Origin: a virus
Direction: 5' to 3' (one strand)
Virus record (IMG/VR): IMGVR_UViG_3300037333_000013
Coordinates: 1 to 64,000 of that record
Length of the DNA stretch: 64,000 bases
Position numbers and translations under genes: made by a program. Each line of letters opens with the position of its first letter. Positions within the stretch are counted from its first letter, which is position 1. This document shows, piece after piece, positions 9,269 to 18,250 of the stretch. The notes below the pieces were generated by a model. That model was given only the letters and a program-made list of their open reading frames with translations. It did not search any database and had not been told where the DNA came from.

Positions 9269-10700
9269 TCTTGCTCCATTTTTCCTCTAACCACCACGGC
9301 GTATAGATGCCGTGATACATTTCTAAGAGAGAAACGATAGTTAAACACTTCTCTCTATCTCTATTTTCTGGTCGTTCATTATAATGGTCATCGTCCCACC
9401 AGTTACGTGTATTTGTAAGGATATCGTCCCAATCATATCCTTTCTCAATGAGTCCCGTGTAGAGTGTATGTGGGTCAACATAGAGCCCACCACGTTCATA
9501 TACCGGGAAGAACTTCTTGAGTTGGTAAAGGTCGTACCCTATCTGCATTGCTCTAAACAACTTCTTGTTCTTCTTCATTGTTTCTCTTACTGTATGTCGT
9601 GTTACTTTGACGTCTGGTAGGAATACAGATGCAAAGTTAGCAGTTCCGGCTAATGCGAAGTTATTGTTTTTTAAGTTGTATAGATAGGTTACATCTTCCA
9701 ACACACCATCCTCCTGAGAGATAACGACCTCAATAACATTACCAGTACCACCGTGTTTACTACGCAGTGTCTCTAATTTCACAACATATAAATCTTTCTC
9801 AGATTGCTCTACACCACGTTTCACACGATAGTATGGTTGTTTTTCATCATCCTTTAAGATACGCTTACCGACAACTTTCCACATTAACTTTGTCAAATAG
9901 TAGAACTCTTCTGTTACTTTCTTTAAGACTTCACCATCTTTTAAATCATGCAGCTTCTTCATCGGTTTAGAGTATTTATTTTCGTTCATATCATTTGCAG
10001 AACCAACGTGTGCGGTTGTTAAAAAATAGACATTTGGTTTAGATGCTACTGTTGGTATTTGTCCGAGTACTTTTGTCTTAAACGAACCAGCTTTCATAAA
10101 GATAGTGTTTGTGCTTCCATCTTCTGATTTTGACTTATCCATCATATCATCTACTGCTTTTGGGTCAAACTTAGACCAACTATCAATAATAACAGGAAAT
10201 GGCGGTTTAGCCATAACCTTTACACCATTAGAAGAAAATGGTTCGTATAGGTAACTCTTGTCTTTTGCAATGGACTTTAAATACTTCTTAAAGTCACTCC
10301 ACCAGAAGTCTGGGTATATTTTTGTTCTGTCTGTATAGAGTATCGTACTTGCATCTGGGTTGGATATATTAATAAACTCTTTTAAGTCACTGTCAGATAC
10401 GTTAGACATGACGTGGTTTACCCTAGATGGATTGATGTTTGACTCAGAGTCATAAATCATACCGAGTGGTTCGTGTGAATGAACTCGTGTTAAAATCTTT
10501 GCTTGCCAGTAGTAAAGAATGAGAGACTTCCCAACATTCCCTGGCCCAGTACAAACACTAAAGTTTGCAATGCCGCCATTCAGTACCATGTCTCCTCTTG
10601 GTCCCTGTATCCACTCTCCAGCAGCCATATCGAAACCAGCACCCACATTAATGGAGTAGTTTCTATCAGGTGTCTCCAGTGACATTCTTGTTCTAGCCAT
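9243..10700 (-). CDS. uvsX: UvsX/RecA-like recombinase (phiKZ gp152-like)
   Basis: Walker A GPGNVGKS, YDSE, Walker B VIIDS, LTTAHVG, LRSKHGGTG and SQEDG motifs. Start at 10700 (AAAGGA RBS). Confidence 0.85.
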   Translation of the reverse strand: MARTRMSLETPDRNYSINVGAGFDMAAGEWIQGPRGDMVLNGGIANFSVCTGPGNVGKSLILYYWQAKILTRVHSHEPLGMIYDSESNINPSRVNHVMSNVSDSDLKEFINISNPDASTILYTDRTKIYPDFWWSDFKKYLKSIAKDKSYLYEPFSSNGVKVMAKPPFPVIIDSWSKFDPKAVDDMMDKSKSEDGSTNTIFMKAGSFKTKVLGQIPTVASKPNVYFLTTAHVGSANDMNENKYSKPMKKLHDLKDGEVLKKVTEEFYYLTKLMWKVVGKRILKDDEKQPYYRVKRGVEQSEKDLYVVKLETLRSKHGGTGNVIEVVISQEDGVLEDVTYLYNLKNNNFALAGTANFASVFLPDVKVTRHTVRETMKKNKKLFRAMQIGYDLYQLKKFFPVYERGGLYVDPHTLYTGLIEKGYDWDDILTNTRNWWDDDHYNERPENRDREKCLTIVSLLEMYHGIYTPWWLEEKWSKNGKSRKRA

Positions 10701-10766
10701 TTTTGTATCCTTTAAATTGTGTATCTTCAAATGAATAGGTAGAACTCGGAAAAAGAGAAACTATCT

Positions 10767-10793
10767 GTATGTGTGGGAAGTTCCCACACATAC
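10767..10793 (-). terminator. Terminator-like inverted repeat
   Basis: GTATGTGTGGGAA-g-TTCCCACACATAC after the 10801 gene. Confidence 0.6.
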
Positions 10794-10800
10794 TTGTAAC

Positions 10801-12423
10801 TTATAGTAGTCTCTTACGCTCTTCGAATAGAGCGTTTAGAATCATTGTTATAGTATCAATGCCTCTTGTGTATGACGATAACATTCTTTCTAAGTCATAA
10901 TGTATCACAATAATCCTATCAATGTCAGAGAAACAAAGGTTCTTATATTCTTCGTAGAAGTATGATGCTAACCCATCAATCGTGAACATATCGAAATCAA
11001 TGTTGCGTATTACTCCAACAAATAAGCTATTTGGAATAGGTAATGAATTGAGCCAATCATTGAATGCCTCTGTATCGTTGTCTCTTTCTTCAACTTCGAT
11101 AGGACTATTTTCATCACACATAGCATCTCGTATGTCGAATGCTTCAGATAGACACATGCTCATCTCTTCTATCTCATCACTGTTTGTTGTATCACAAGCT
11201 TCCTCGTTTATTATAAAACACTCTTCGTACTTATTATAAATCCATTCTTTAAACTCTTTAACATTTGGCTCATTGTTTGTATACTCACAAGGACAAACAT
11301 TAACCATATTTGTCAGAAAGTTGTTATTGTTACTAGCAATTCGTAACGATTTAGGGTATATGCGTAGAACAATGTCATCGATTGACAAATAATTCTTATA
11401 CATGATATTTAAAGCTTGTTTGACGTGCCACGAAATTTTTGAGTTGAGTACTTGTTCGATATTATCCATACGTTCACCAACAAATACTGACGCAATACGT
11501 AACATATCTAAATGTTCATTATCGGACCCTTCATATGGGTATATATTAATGCTCTCAAGTACCTCAATAGACTCACCACTTATAAGTTCACTTGAGATGT
11601 CAAGCCCTGGTTTATAGTGGAACACTAAGTCTTTCCTCTTTGTATACGTAATGCATGTACACTTATCAAACTTAGCTACTATTGTTGGGACAACGAGATA
11701 TACATCACTCTGTCCAACTGCTTTGGTTGTATAAGGCTGTATAAACGCCAACGCACTTACTCTACTTGTAAATGTTGCGTTATGTCTAGTATACTCTAAT
11801 GTATTGTCATCTGAAACCATCATAAAGTTCATCTTCTCACTACGAATAAGATAAACATACCATTTTTCAGAGCTGTTGTTCATAACTACGGTAGCAGAAG
11901 GCATTTCGTTGTCGGCAGAAAGCGAGGACTTTACTGCTCTAAGCAAGTCATTCTTGCCCATAATGTTTAGTAATCGGTATCCAAGTTTATAGTAAATACT
12001 AAATGATTCTCTTCTAGCATCGTAGAATATATTAAACTTGGCTTCTTTGAAATCTCTTGCTCGCACGTGGTAGATTGTGTGGTCAGGATGTTCTGATATA
12101 GATATAATATCTTTATGCTCATATAGTGGCATGCTATCTACAACACTGTATTCTTCTTGTAATATATACTCAGAAACAACAATTAAGTTTAGACCATTAC
12201 ATGATACCTTGTGTAGATATTGTATTCTTTGTTTGCTATGGTTAGTATCCCCTAATCTCATAAGTCCATTGGTTGTACTTATAAACCCAAGTTTCTCTAA
12301 CTCTCTCTCTAAAGAGTCGTGTTGTGTATTGTCAAATTCGCCAGAGGCAATAATGCGTTCCATTGGTCTAATACCAACTCTTAATCCATAATTTCCATTT
12401 ACTTTGATAATGTAAAACTTCAT
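10801..12423 (-). CDS. Hypothetical early protein
   Basis: 540-aa ORF. Shares a WYVYLIR...FMM.S segment with 12548..13222. Confidence 0.75.
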   Translation of the reverse strand: MKFYIIKVNGNYGLRVGIRPMERIIASGEFDNTQHDSLERELEKLGFISTTNGLMRLGDTNHSKQRIQYLHKVSCNGLNLIVVSEYILQEEYSVVDSMPLYEHKDIISISEHPDHTIYHVRARDFKEAKFNIFYDARRESFSIYYKLGYRLLNIMGKNDLLRAVKSSLSADNEMPSATVVMNNSSEKWYVYLIRSEKMNFMMVSDDNTLEYTRHNATFTSRVSALAFIQPYTTKAVGQSDVYLVVPTIVAKFDKCTCITYTKRKDLVFHYKPGLDISSELISGESIEVLESINIYPYEGSDNEHLDMLRIASVFVGERMDNIEQVLNSKISWHVKQALNIMYKNYLSIDDIVLRIYPKSLRIASNNNNFLTNMVNVCPCEYTNNEPNVKEFKEWIYNKYEECFIINEEACDTTNSDEIEEMSMCLSEAFDIRDAMCDENSPIEVEERDNDTEAFNDWLNSLPIPNSLFVGVIRNIDFDMFTIDGLASYFYEEYKNLCFSDIDRIIVIHYDLERMLSSYTRGIDTITMILNALFEERKRLL

Positions 12424-12449
12424 TTTTTATTCCTTTTATTTATGTTTTT

Positions 12450-12479
12450 GTTAGCTCACTACGTAAGCACAGCAATTCC
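12450..12479 (-). promoter_or_regulatory. Leader motif II, copy 1
   Basis: GGAAUUGCUGU-GCUUAC-gua-GUGAGC-UAAC in the 5' UTR. Confidence 0.5.
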
Positions 12480-12489
12480 TATACATTAC

Positions 12490-12498
12490 AATAATATA
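12490..12498 (-). promoter_or_regulatory. Early promoter motif
   Basis: TATATTATTgtaaTGTA. Confidence 0.7.
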
Positions 12499-12513
12499 CC
12501 AGTAAAAAAAAGC

Positions 12514-12540
12514 ATACAGTATACGCTGTGTATACTGTAT
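12514..12540 (-). terminator. Intrinsic terminator
   Basis: ATACAGTATAC-gctgt-GTATACTGTAT followed by T8 on the minus strand. Confidence 0.7.
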
Positions 12541-12547
12541 AACTATA

Positions 12548-13222
12548 TTACGAAAGTATATTTTCTAGTCTAATCCCATTCATAAATAATAGTAAGGGTT
12601 TATTTAATACTTTAGTATATTCAGCTTGCCTATCTGTATATATGAACTGTTTGCTATCTCTATCATCATAGACTATATTGTTGCATTTACTAAATGAAAA
12701 TTCTGTACAAACAGTAATGGGATACACATAAAATAATGTGCTTACAACATAACAAGTATACTTATCGATAAAGTAAATAGCATCTTCCTTCGTTATAAAT
12801 GATTTAGAATACTTTTCATAAGATAAGTAAGCATTTGTAGACGCCATCATAAACTCTATATTATCTGTTCTAATTAAGTAGATGTACCATCTATCACCAT
12901 TAACATCGTAGTTTTGTGTTTCATACGATTTTGTTAAATCACTGCCGTATTCACGATTGTAATTTTTGCTATCTTTACAGTTACTTATGCCAGTATACTT
13001 TGAAATGAACATATTGGTACCATCAATCAGCTTCTGCTCATTTGTTATACGGATAGAGTCACCATATTTTACTATACCGATTTTACACAACGCTTTATCT
13101 AGCCCATATGGAACTTCTTCATCGTAACAGCCACTATATAATATATCTTCTGTAACGCATGTCAACTTACCAAAGGTTAATTTAATTTCAGTATCGTTAT
13201 CTCTTAATATATTAAAAGTCAT
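12548..13222 (-). CDS. Hypothetical protein, partial paralog of 10801..12423
   Basis: RWYIYLIRTDNIEFMMAS versus KWYVYLIRSEKMNFMMVS. Confidence 0.65.
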   Translation of the reverse strand: MTFNILRDNDTEIKLTFGKLTCVTEDILYSGCYDEEVPYGLDKALCKIGIVKYGDSIRITNEQKLIDGTNMFISKYTGISNCKDSKNYNREYGSDLTKSYETQNYDVNGDRWYIYLIRTDNIEFMMASTNAYLSYEKYSKSFITKEDAIYFIDKYTCYVVSTLFYVYPITVCTEFSFSKCNNIVYDDRDSKQFIYTDRQAEYTKVLNKPLLLFMNGIRLENILS

Positions 13223-13239
13223 GTTTAGTACCTATTTCA

Positions 13240-13422
13240 TTAGTTCTTTGTCGCTTCATTCACGATAATGGCAAACATTAATGCTATTGAAAACAAACTA
13301 ATGACTTCAAAGATTGTATGTTGCATCTCACTTACTCGTGTTTCGTCAGGTACAAATACACTTAGAATAAATATACATAGCAGCACAGCAATAAGTTTGT
13401 AATTTTTGTCTTGGATGTTCAT
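13240..13422 (-). CDS. Small two-TM membrane protein
   Basis: Two hydrophobic segments; AAGGA RBS. Confidence 0.6.
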   Translation of the reverse strand: MNIQDKNYKLIAVLLCIFILSVFVPDETRVSEMQHTIFEVISLFSIALMFAIIVNEATKN

Positions 13423-13436
13423 ATTTTTCCTTTTAA

Positions 13437-13835
13437 TTATAGATTTCCAAATACTACCATACCATTATGGTAGTATTCTATACGATTGAGTTTAAAGTTG
13501 TGCATATACAACGGTTTGTTATACTTCTTAGATAGTCTGATATTGTCTTTCGTACCAACACTCTCACCATCCCAAAATGCAATACAAACATCACACTCCT
13601 TAAACATATCTTCATTTCTAACAAATCCAGCATGCTTCCCAATACTCCAGTCAGGAATAAATTCCTTAACCGGTATCCCTCTATCATCACCATACTTTTT
13701 AGCAAGTGTATCCACACCTCTAGCACCACCACTAATTATCATTGTGACTGGCATGCGTGATATGAACTTATCAAGATATCTATTGATACGTGATTTATCT
13801 GTAATTGAGCGTGAACCAACAACTAACAATTTCAT
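13437..13835 (-). CDS. SLOG-family protein (DUF2493/YspA-like)
   Basis: VVGSRS, IISGGARGVDTLA, AGFVRN..M, AFWDG.S.GT motifs. Confidence 0.85.
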   Translation of the reverse strand: MKLLVVGSRSITDKSRINRYLDKFISRMPVTMIISGGARGVDTLAKKYGDDRGIPVKEFIPDWSIGKHAGFVRNEDMFKECDVCIAFWDGESVGTKDNIRLSKKYNKPLYMHNFKLNRIEYYHNGMVVFGNL

Positions 13836-15026
13836 CTACATCTCACTCTTTGCAAACTGGTACATCTTGTACATCTTTTTGACAGCATCCTTCGTACATT
13901 GTTGTGTGTGGTTCTTACCACTTTCATCTCCAATAGCACCACGTTCGATAAAGAACTTCTCCCAATACTCATCGGTGCCACTCATTGTTATTGAAGTAGA
14001 CACAGAATGATGTGGGTATCTCTGATAGATTTCTTTTGGGTACCCTAGCTCTTTAAACGCATTCATATAGACGTCAATAGTATGATAACCATTTTTAATC
14101 TCTTTGTTTGCATCTAACGATTCTTTAACATCTCCAAGGAACTTATTATAACCAGTGTATTTCTCTAGTCTTTCGTAGAAATCGTCTGGTATAAAGTACT
14201 CACAATTTATTGTTACAGTATTCATAGTTATAAAGAGCGTTTTGTGCGTAGCCAATTGGTCAGCAACAAACTTTGGAACAACAGTGCGTATAGAAATAGT
14301 GTCTCCTATTTTATTCAAACCAGTATTATTGCTAACTAAGGATAATATGTCATAAGTATCCGATTTCGTGAATATAACATCAATGACACGTTTATATGTT
14401 TCTTCAGAGTCACAAAACCCATCGATGATAAATGTCTTGTTTACTAATCCATTTGCACCAACTAACCTCCCACTATATTCACACACAGGTTTTTCTAATC
14501 GTGCACTTGTAGAGGTGTACCTGTTGCTCTGTGCAATCGTCGTGACTTCTTCAGATTGAGCATGTGTGATTCTGTCCCATCTCTCATGTGTGGTCTTAAT
14601 TCTAAAGACATAGTAGCTCTCTAACAGACGTTTTACTTCTCCTACATTTCCGTGCATCTCAATCTCTTTTAGATTTGGGTTCTCAAGCACCAATCTTCTG
14701 TTTGCTAGGACAAACCTATTATAGTTGTTTCTACAAAACCTAGATTGTTCATATGTTAATACGCCATCTTTGTTGTCTAATACAACAGGTTCTAATTGTA
14801 ATGGTCTACTAGGTCCACCTGCAAACGTCTCTTTCAGTAGTAGTTTATACCGTAACTCTGGGTTGTTGCTCGCTTTCTTGTTTCTAGAGACAGACGCAAA
14901 CATAGAGACCCACTCTTTTGGGTCGTAGTCTACTGAATATCTAAATACTTCCACATCAAATGGGTCTTTTTCTGTCCCTAGTGATAGTGTGTCTATTGCT
15001 TTAATCTCTCTGTATTCTTTTTCCAT
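13836..15026 (-). CDS. Divergent ThyX-like (flavin-dependent thymidylate synthase fold) protein
   Basis: ASVSR...LLK..SRP, QSNRY, VPKFVADQLATHK and PKEIYQRYP...SITMSG resemble ThyX motifs, spread over ~400 aa. Confidence 0.5.
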   Translation of the reverse strand: MEKEYREIKAIDTLSLGTEKDPFDVEVFRYSVDYDPKEWVSMFASVSRNKKASNNPELRYKLLLKETFAGGPSRPLQLEPVVLDNKDGVLTYEQSRFCRNNYNRFVLANRRLVLENPNLKEIEMHGNVGEVKRLLESYYVFRIKTTHERWDRITHAQSEEVTTIAQSNRYTSTSARLEKPVCEYSGRLVGANGLVNKTFIIDGFCDSEETYKRVIDVIFTKSDTYDILSLVSNNTGLNKIGDTISIRTVVPKFVADQLATHKTLFITMNTVTINCEYFIPDDFYERLEKYTGYNKFLGDVKESLDANKEIKNGYHTIDVYMNAFKELGYPKEIYQRYPHHSVSTSITMSGTDEYWEKFFIERGAIGDESGKNHTQQCTKDAVKKMYKMYQFAKSEM

Positions 15027-15027
15027 T

Positions 15028-15453
15028 TTAGTTTCCTTTTAATATTCTGATTGCCTCGCTGTGTGCTAACACATCACAGCGTTCATTTTGTTTATGTCCT
15101 TTATGCCCACGTACCCACTCTGTCGTGATAGTATAGTTTCTTCTTATGTTACTGAATTGCACCCACAAGTCACCATTCTTTACGTCGACAAACTTACGTT
15201 TCTCCCAACCATATATCCACTTATTGATTCCGTTTAGTACATATTGGCTATCTGATATAATATGTACAGTACTTCCTCTTGGAATAATTGAGAGTCCTTG
15301 TATTACAGCTTTTAACTCCATCCTATTGTTTGTTGTATGTCGTTCAGCTCCTTTGAATTCTGTTGTCATTCCATCTGACTCTATGACACCACCGTATCCA
15401 CCTGCACCGGGGTTACCGATGCAAGAACCATCAGTGTACAGTCGGTACATCAT
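15028..15453 (-). CDS. rnhA: Ribonuclease HI
   Basis: YTDGSCIGNPGAGG, TTNNRMEL, SDSQY, KNGDLW, WVRGH, NERCD. Confidence 0.95.
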   Translation of the reverse strand: MMYRLYTDGSCIGNPGAGGYGGVIESDGMTTEFKGAERHTTNNRMELKAVIQGLSIIPRGSTVHIISDSQYVLNGINKWIYGWEKRKFVDVKNGDLWVQFSNIRRNYTITTEWVRGHKGHKQNERCDVLAHSEAIRILKGN

Positions 15454-15709
15454 AGATAATCACAAACTCTAATAGTTTACTATTATACGCACGTTTGAAC
15501 TCTCTTAGTGTAAGCTCCACATCGTTTAATACAATCTCATTACTGTTTACGCAGACTTCCCCGACAGAGCATGTCTTTCCGTATTCGTCTTTAATATAGA
15601 CATTTATATTGTATCTCCCACCGATAACATCTAGCATCTCTCTACAATCAACGACACGTTGTAGGTCTTTTTTCTTCTTTACAAAGAATGTTTTTATTGG
15701 GTATTTCAT
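15431..15709 (-). CDS. Hypothetical protein
   Basis: 92-aa ORF with AAGGA RBS; first gene of an early operon. Confidence 0.65.
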   Translation of the reverse strand: MKYPIKTFFVKKKKDLQRVVDCREMLDVIGGRYNINVYIKDEYGKTCSVGEVCVNSNEIVLNDVELTLREFKRAYNSKLLEFVIIYDVPTVH

Positions 15710-15737
15710 TATCTATCCTTAATGTTTTGTTCTTTTT

Positions 15738-15763
15738 ATTAACCTATCAGGCACAGCAGTTCC
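15738..15763 (-). promoter_or_regulatory. Leader motif II, copy 2
   Basis: GGAACUGCUGU-GCCU-gau-AGGU-UAAU. Confidence 0.5.
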
Positions 15764-15773
15764 TATACGTAAT

Positions 15774-15782
15774 AATAATATA
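15774..15782 (-). promoter_or_regulatory. Early promoter motif
   Basis: TATATTATTattaCGTA. Confidence 0.7.
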
Positions 15783-15814
15783 TAAGTAAATAGTTATCAC
15801 TTTTTGTAAAGAAA

Positions 15815-15955
15815 CAAAAAAAGAAAGACTCCTAGTGGTACACACCACTAGAAGCGAAACAGGACTACCAGTACATATGGTGCATTGAATTACTGTTAAA
15901 AAAGGAGAAAGGTCGTTTGCCTGTTTACTCACATATGTACTGGTGCTATGGTAGC
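15815..15955 (-). ncRNA. Putative stand-alone small RNA with pseudoknot and anti-SD loop
   Basis: Bounded by a promoter motif (15961-15969) and a terminator (15829-15854 plus U-tract). 13-bp stem 15867-15879/15932-15944; 7-bp pseudoknot 15857-15863/15920-15926; no credible ORF. Confidence 0.6.
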
Positions 15956-15960
15956 ATTGA

Positions 15961-15969
15961 AATAATATA
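15961..15969 (-). promoter_or_regulatory. Early promoter motif driving the putative sRNA
   Basis: TATATTATTtcaaTGCTA. Confidence 0.55.
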
Positions 15970-16038
15970 CGGATATAAAAATACCGAACCACTTATCGTA
16001 TATCGATAGACTTATGTGAAATATTAAGGAGTAGAAAA

Positions 16039-16557
16039 ATGCCTATTATCAGAGTACATCATATTGATGAAAGGGACCTCTTAGAGAGCGACATTATTGT
16101 AAACCCAGTCTCACTCATACATACCAGTAAGAACTGCATTAACAAGAAACTAAAGAAGATGTTTAAGAAAGAGTACCGTACGATAGATGATGCTATTAAA
16201 GTGAATGCTATTAAAGGAAAGAAGAAGCGTTCTGAGGCGATGCTGTCTTGCTTACATAGACCTATTACACCAACATCTTTTAATACGATTGTTTCTCAAT
16301 ATGATGGTAAAATAAAATATATCTCAACTATACCATATAAGAAGAGTAAAGAGATGAAATCGTATTTAGTCACACTAGCGAAATTCTTTGAAGAAGCCAA
16401 GACATATAGTGGTGTATCTATTGGTATACCATTATATGGTGATAGCTTCGGTAGATTAAAAAAAGAAGTATTATCTATGGCGGTAAATAGTGGATATCCT
16501 GCATACATTGACGTCTACATAGATGATACGACAAAGGATTTATTATTAGGCATGTAA
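16039..16557 (+). CDS. Macro-domain-like protein (degenerate)
   Basis: DLLESDIIVNPVS near the N-terminus and SIGIPLYG near the C-terminus match the macro fold, but the GGG loop is absent. Confidence 0.5.
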   Translation: MPIIRVHHIDERDLLESDIIVNPVSLIHTSKNCINKKLKKMFKKEYRTIDDAIKVNAIKGKKKRSEAMLSCLHRPITPTSFNTIVSQYDGKIKYISTIPYKKSKEMKSYLVTLAKFFEEAKTYSGVSIGIPLYGDSFGRLKKEVLSMAVNSGYPAYIDVYIDDTTKDLLLGM

Positions 16558-16874
16558 GCGGTAAACAGAGTTGGCGTAGGACAAAGGCATATAAAGAGTG
16601 GAGAAATAGTGTATTAGAAGAGGCAGGACATTGTTGTGATATCTGTGGTGTCAATAATAAAGTGATGCACGCACACCATATCGAAGATGCGAGCAATCAC
16701 CCAGATATAAAGTTTGACGTAAAGAATGGAAAGTGCTTATGTAAAAAGCACCATACGTGGTTACATATACTTTATAAACAGGGGTATAGGAAGAAGACAA
16801 CAAAGAAAGACTATAAGTACTTTAAGTCATTATATAAAGCTGTAGAGCGAGAAACAAAGAAGAAAACAATGTAG
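16545..16874 (+). CDS. HNH endonuclease
   Basis: The frame extends upstream of the tracked ORF: WRRTKAYKEWRNSVLEEAGHCCDICG...HAHHI...NGKCLCKKHH. The only plausible start is ATT 16545 after AAAGGA. Confidence 0.75.
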   Translation: MRHVSGKQSWRRTKAYKEWRNSVLEEAGHCCDICGVNNKVMHAHHIEDASNHPDIKFDVKNGKCLCKKHHTWLHILYKQGYRKKTTKKDYKYFKSLYKAVERETKKKTM

Positions 16875-16975
16875 GTATGTGTATCTGACGTTAAGATACA
16901 ACGTATATTCAATATTTTTCTTAGCGTAAAATGCTAAATGAATGTAGTATAGCTGAATAAAAAAGATACTAATGG

Positions 16976-17002
16976 TGAATGATGACGAGTAGTCATCATT
17001 CA
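16976..17002. terminator. Hairpin between convergent genes
   Basis: TGAATGATGAC-gagta-GTCATCATTCA. Confidence 0.6.
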
Positions 17003-17027
17003 TATTCTTTAGAACCTACATTAACAA

Positions 17028-17597
17028 CTATACATACTGCTTCAGTATCTTCAATCTACTCACTTCGTAATATATAGCAATAGTAGATACAACAACAGAA
17101 ATACAGAACGTCATCTCATAAGGTATGACCGATGCAACTATTGCTGAACAAATCATCACTAACTTACCATACGCACTAATACTGTCTTTTAAATCAACAA
17201 TATACTCTTTCATGTGGTCAGCAATCACTTTATCTATTCTGTTCAGAAACAGTACATTGGCAGTCATCCACACCGGACCAATAATGAGTGTGGTGTAAAT
17301 GAAGTAATTATGGTCTATAAACCATAGACTTATCACAGCTGGGTAGAATACACCTATCACTAATAATACCTTATATAGTGTCAGTAGAGACATTGAACGT
17401 ACTACCCTACTGAATATAACCAATCCAAAGATTGAGCTATATACAATATGGAGATTCATATCTAGACCTATTTGTATCAGTGCTTTACCTTGGTACGTTG
17501 TCAAGTATCCTACAATTAGTCCATTGACCAATGTATTCAACATCTCTATAATAAAAGTAGTCCATATGTAATTGGACATCTTAATATGTTTTAACAT
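17028..17597 (-). CDS. Multi-pass membrane protein (~6 TM, half-MFS-like)
   Basis: About six hydrophobic segments; start MLKHIK at 17597 with AAAGGAG RBS. Confidence 0.6.
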   Translation of the reverse strand: MLKHIKMSNYIWTTFIIEMLNTLVNGLIVGYLTTYQGKALIQIGLDMNLHIVYSSIFGLVIFSRVVRSMSLLTLYKVLLVIGVFYPAVISLWFIDHNYFIYTTLIIGPVWMTANVLFLNRIDKVIADHMKEYIVDLKDSISAYGKLVMICSAIVASVIPYEMTFCISVVVSTIAIYYEVSRLKILKQYV

Positions 17598-17680
17598 CTT
17601 TTCTCCTTTGTTAATACGTATAAATAATAAATAGATAAAAAAAAACCGATACTTTTTTGAACTTAACAGAAAGGAATAAG

Positions 17681-18250
17681 ATGGGATTTGTGAGTACATT
17701 ATTATCATCACTTGTGAATAATGGATTTCAAGATATTGCAGACGTAGTATTTGAGAAAGGAGAAGACTTTGTAAAAGGAAAGATTAAAGACGTAACAGGG
17801 CTAGAGCTAAGTGATAGACTAAGCGAAATGGACATCTCTAAGATTAAAGATAATGAAGAGAAGATACTCGAAACATTAGAGGAGCGAAACAGACACCAAG
17901 AAGCTATGGCACGCATAGAGTTGAAAGAGTTAGAACTCAATCAGGAAGACAGGGAGAGTGCTAGAGAACTCAATACAGTATATATCGATTCTGATGATAA
18001 GTTCATCAGTCGGTTCTTGCCTATTATGACACTCATCATTATTATACTCAGTTTCGTATTGATGACAGCTGTTATCTTTGTCACTATACCAGAAGAGAAC
18101 CAACGCAATGCTACTTATGTCATTAACCTAGTTGGGTTTATTGTCAACTCTGTTGTCATGTTCTACTATGGGAAACATAGTGCAGAGAAGAAACAGTTAG
18201 AGAAGAGAGAATCTGAAAACAGGGTAGGTGGTATTGATGTATGGAAATAA
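17681..18250 (+). CDS. Holin-like protein (3TM/GTA holin type)
   Basis: DRESARE motif followed by two TM helices and FYYG; directly upstream of the endolysin. Confidence 0.65.
   Translation: MGFVSTLLSSLVNNGFQDIADVVFEKGEDFVKGKIKDVTGLELSDRLSEMDISKIKDNEEKILETLEERNRHQEAMARIELKELELNQEDRESARELNTVYIDSDDKFISRFLPIMTLIIIILSFVLMTAVIFVTIPEENQRNATYVINLVGFIVNSVVMFYYGKHSAEKKQLEKRESENRVGGIDVWK

Noticed and set aside
15747-15992. 81-aa minus-strand ORF over the putative sRNA
   Set aside because: It has no RBS, spans two promoter motifs and a terminator, and has atypical composition.
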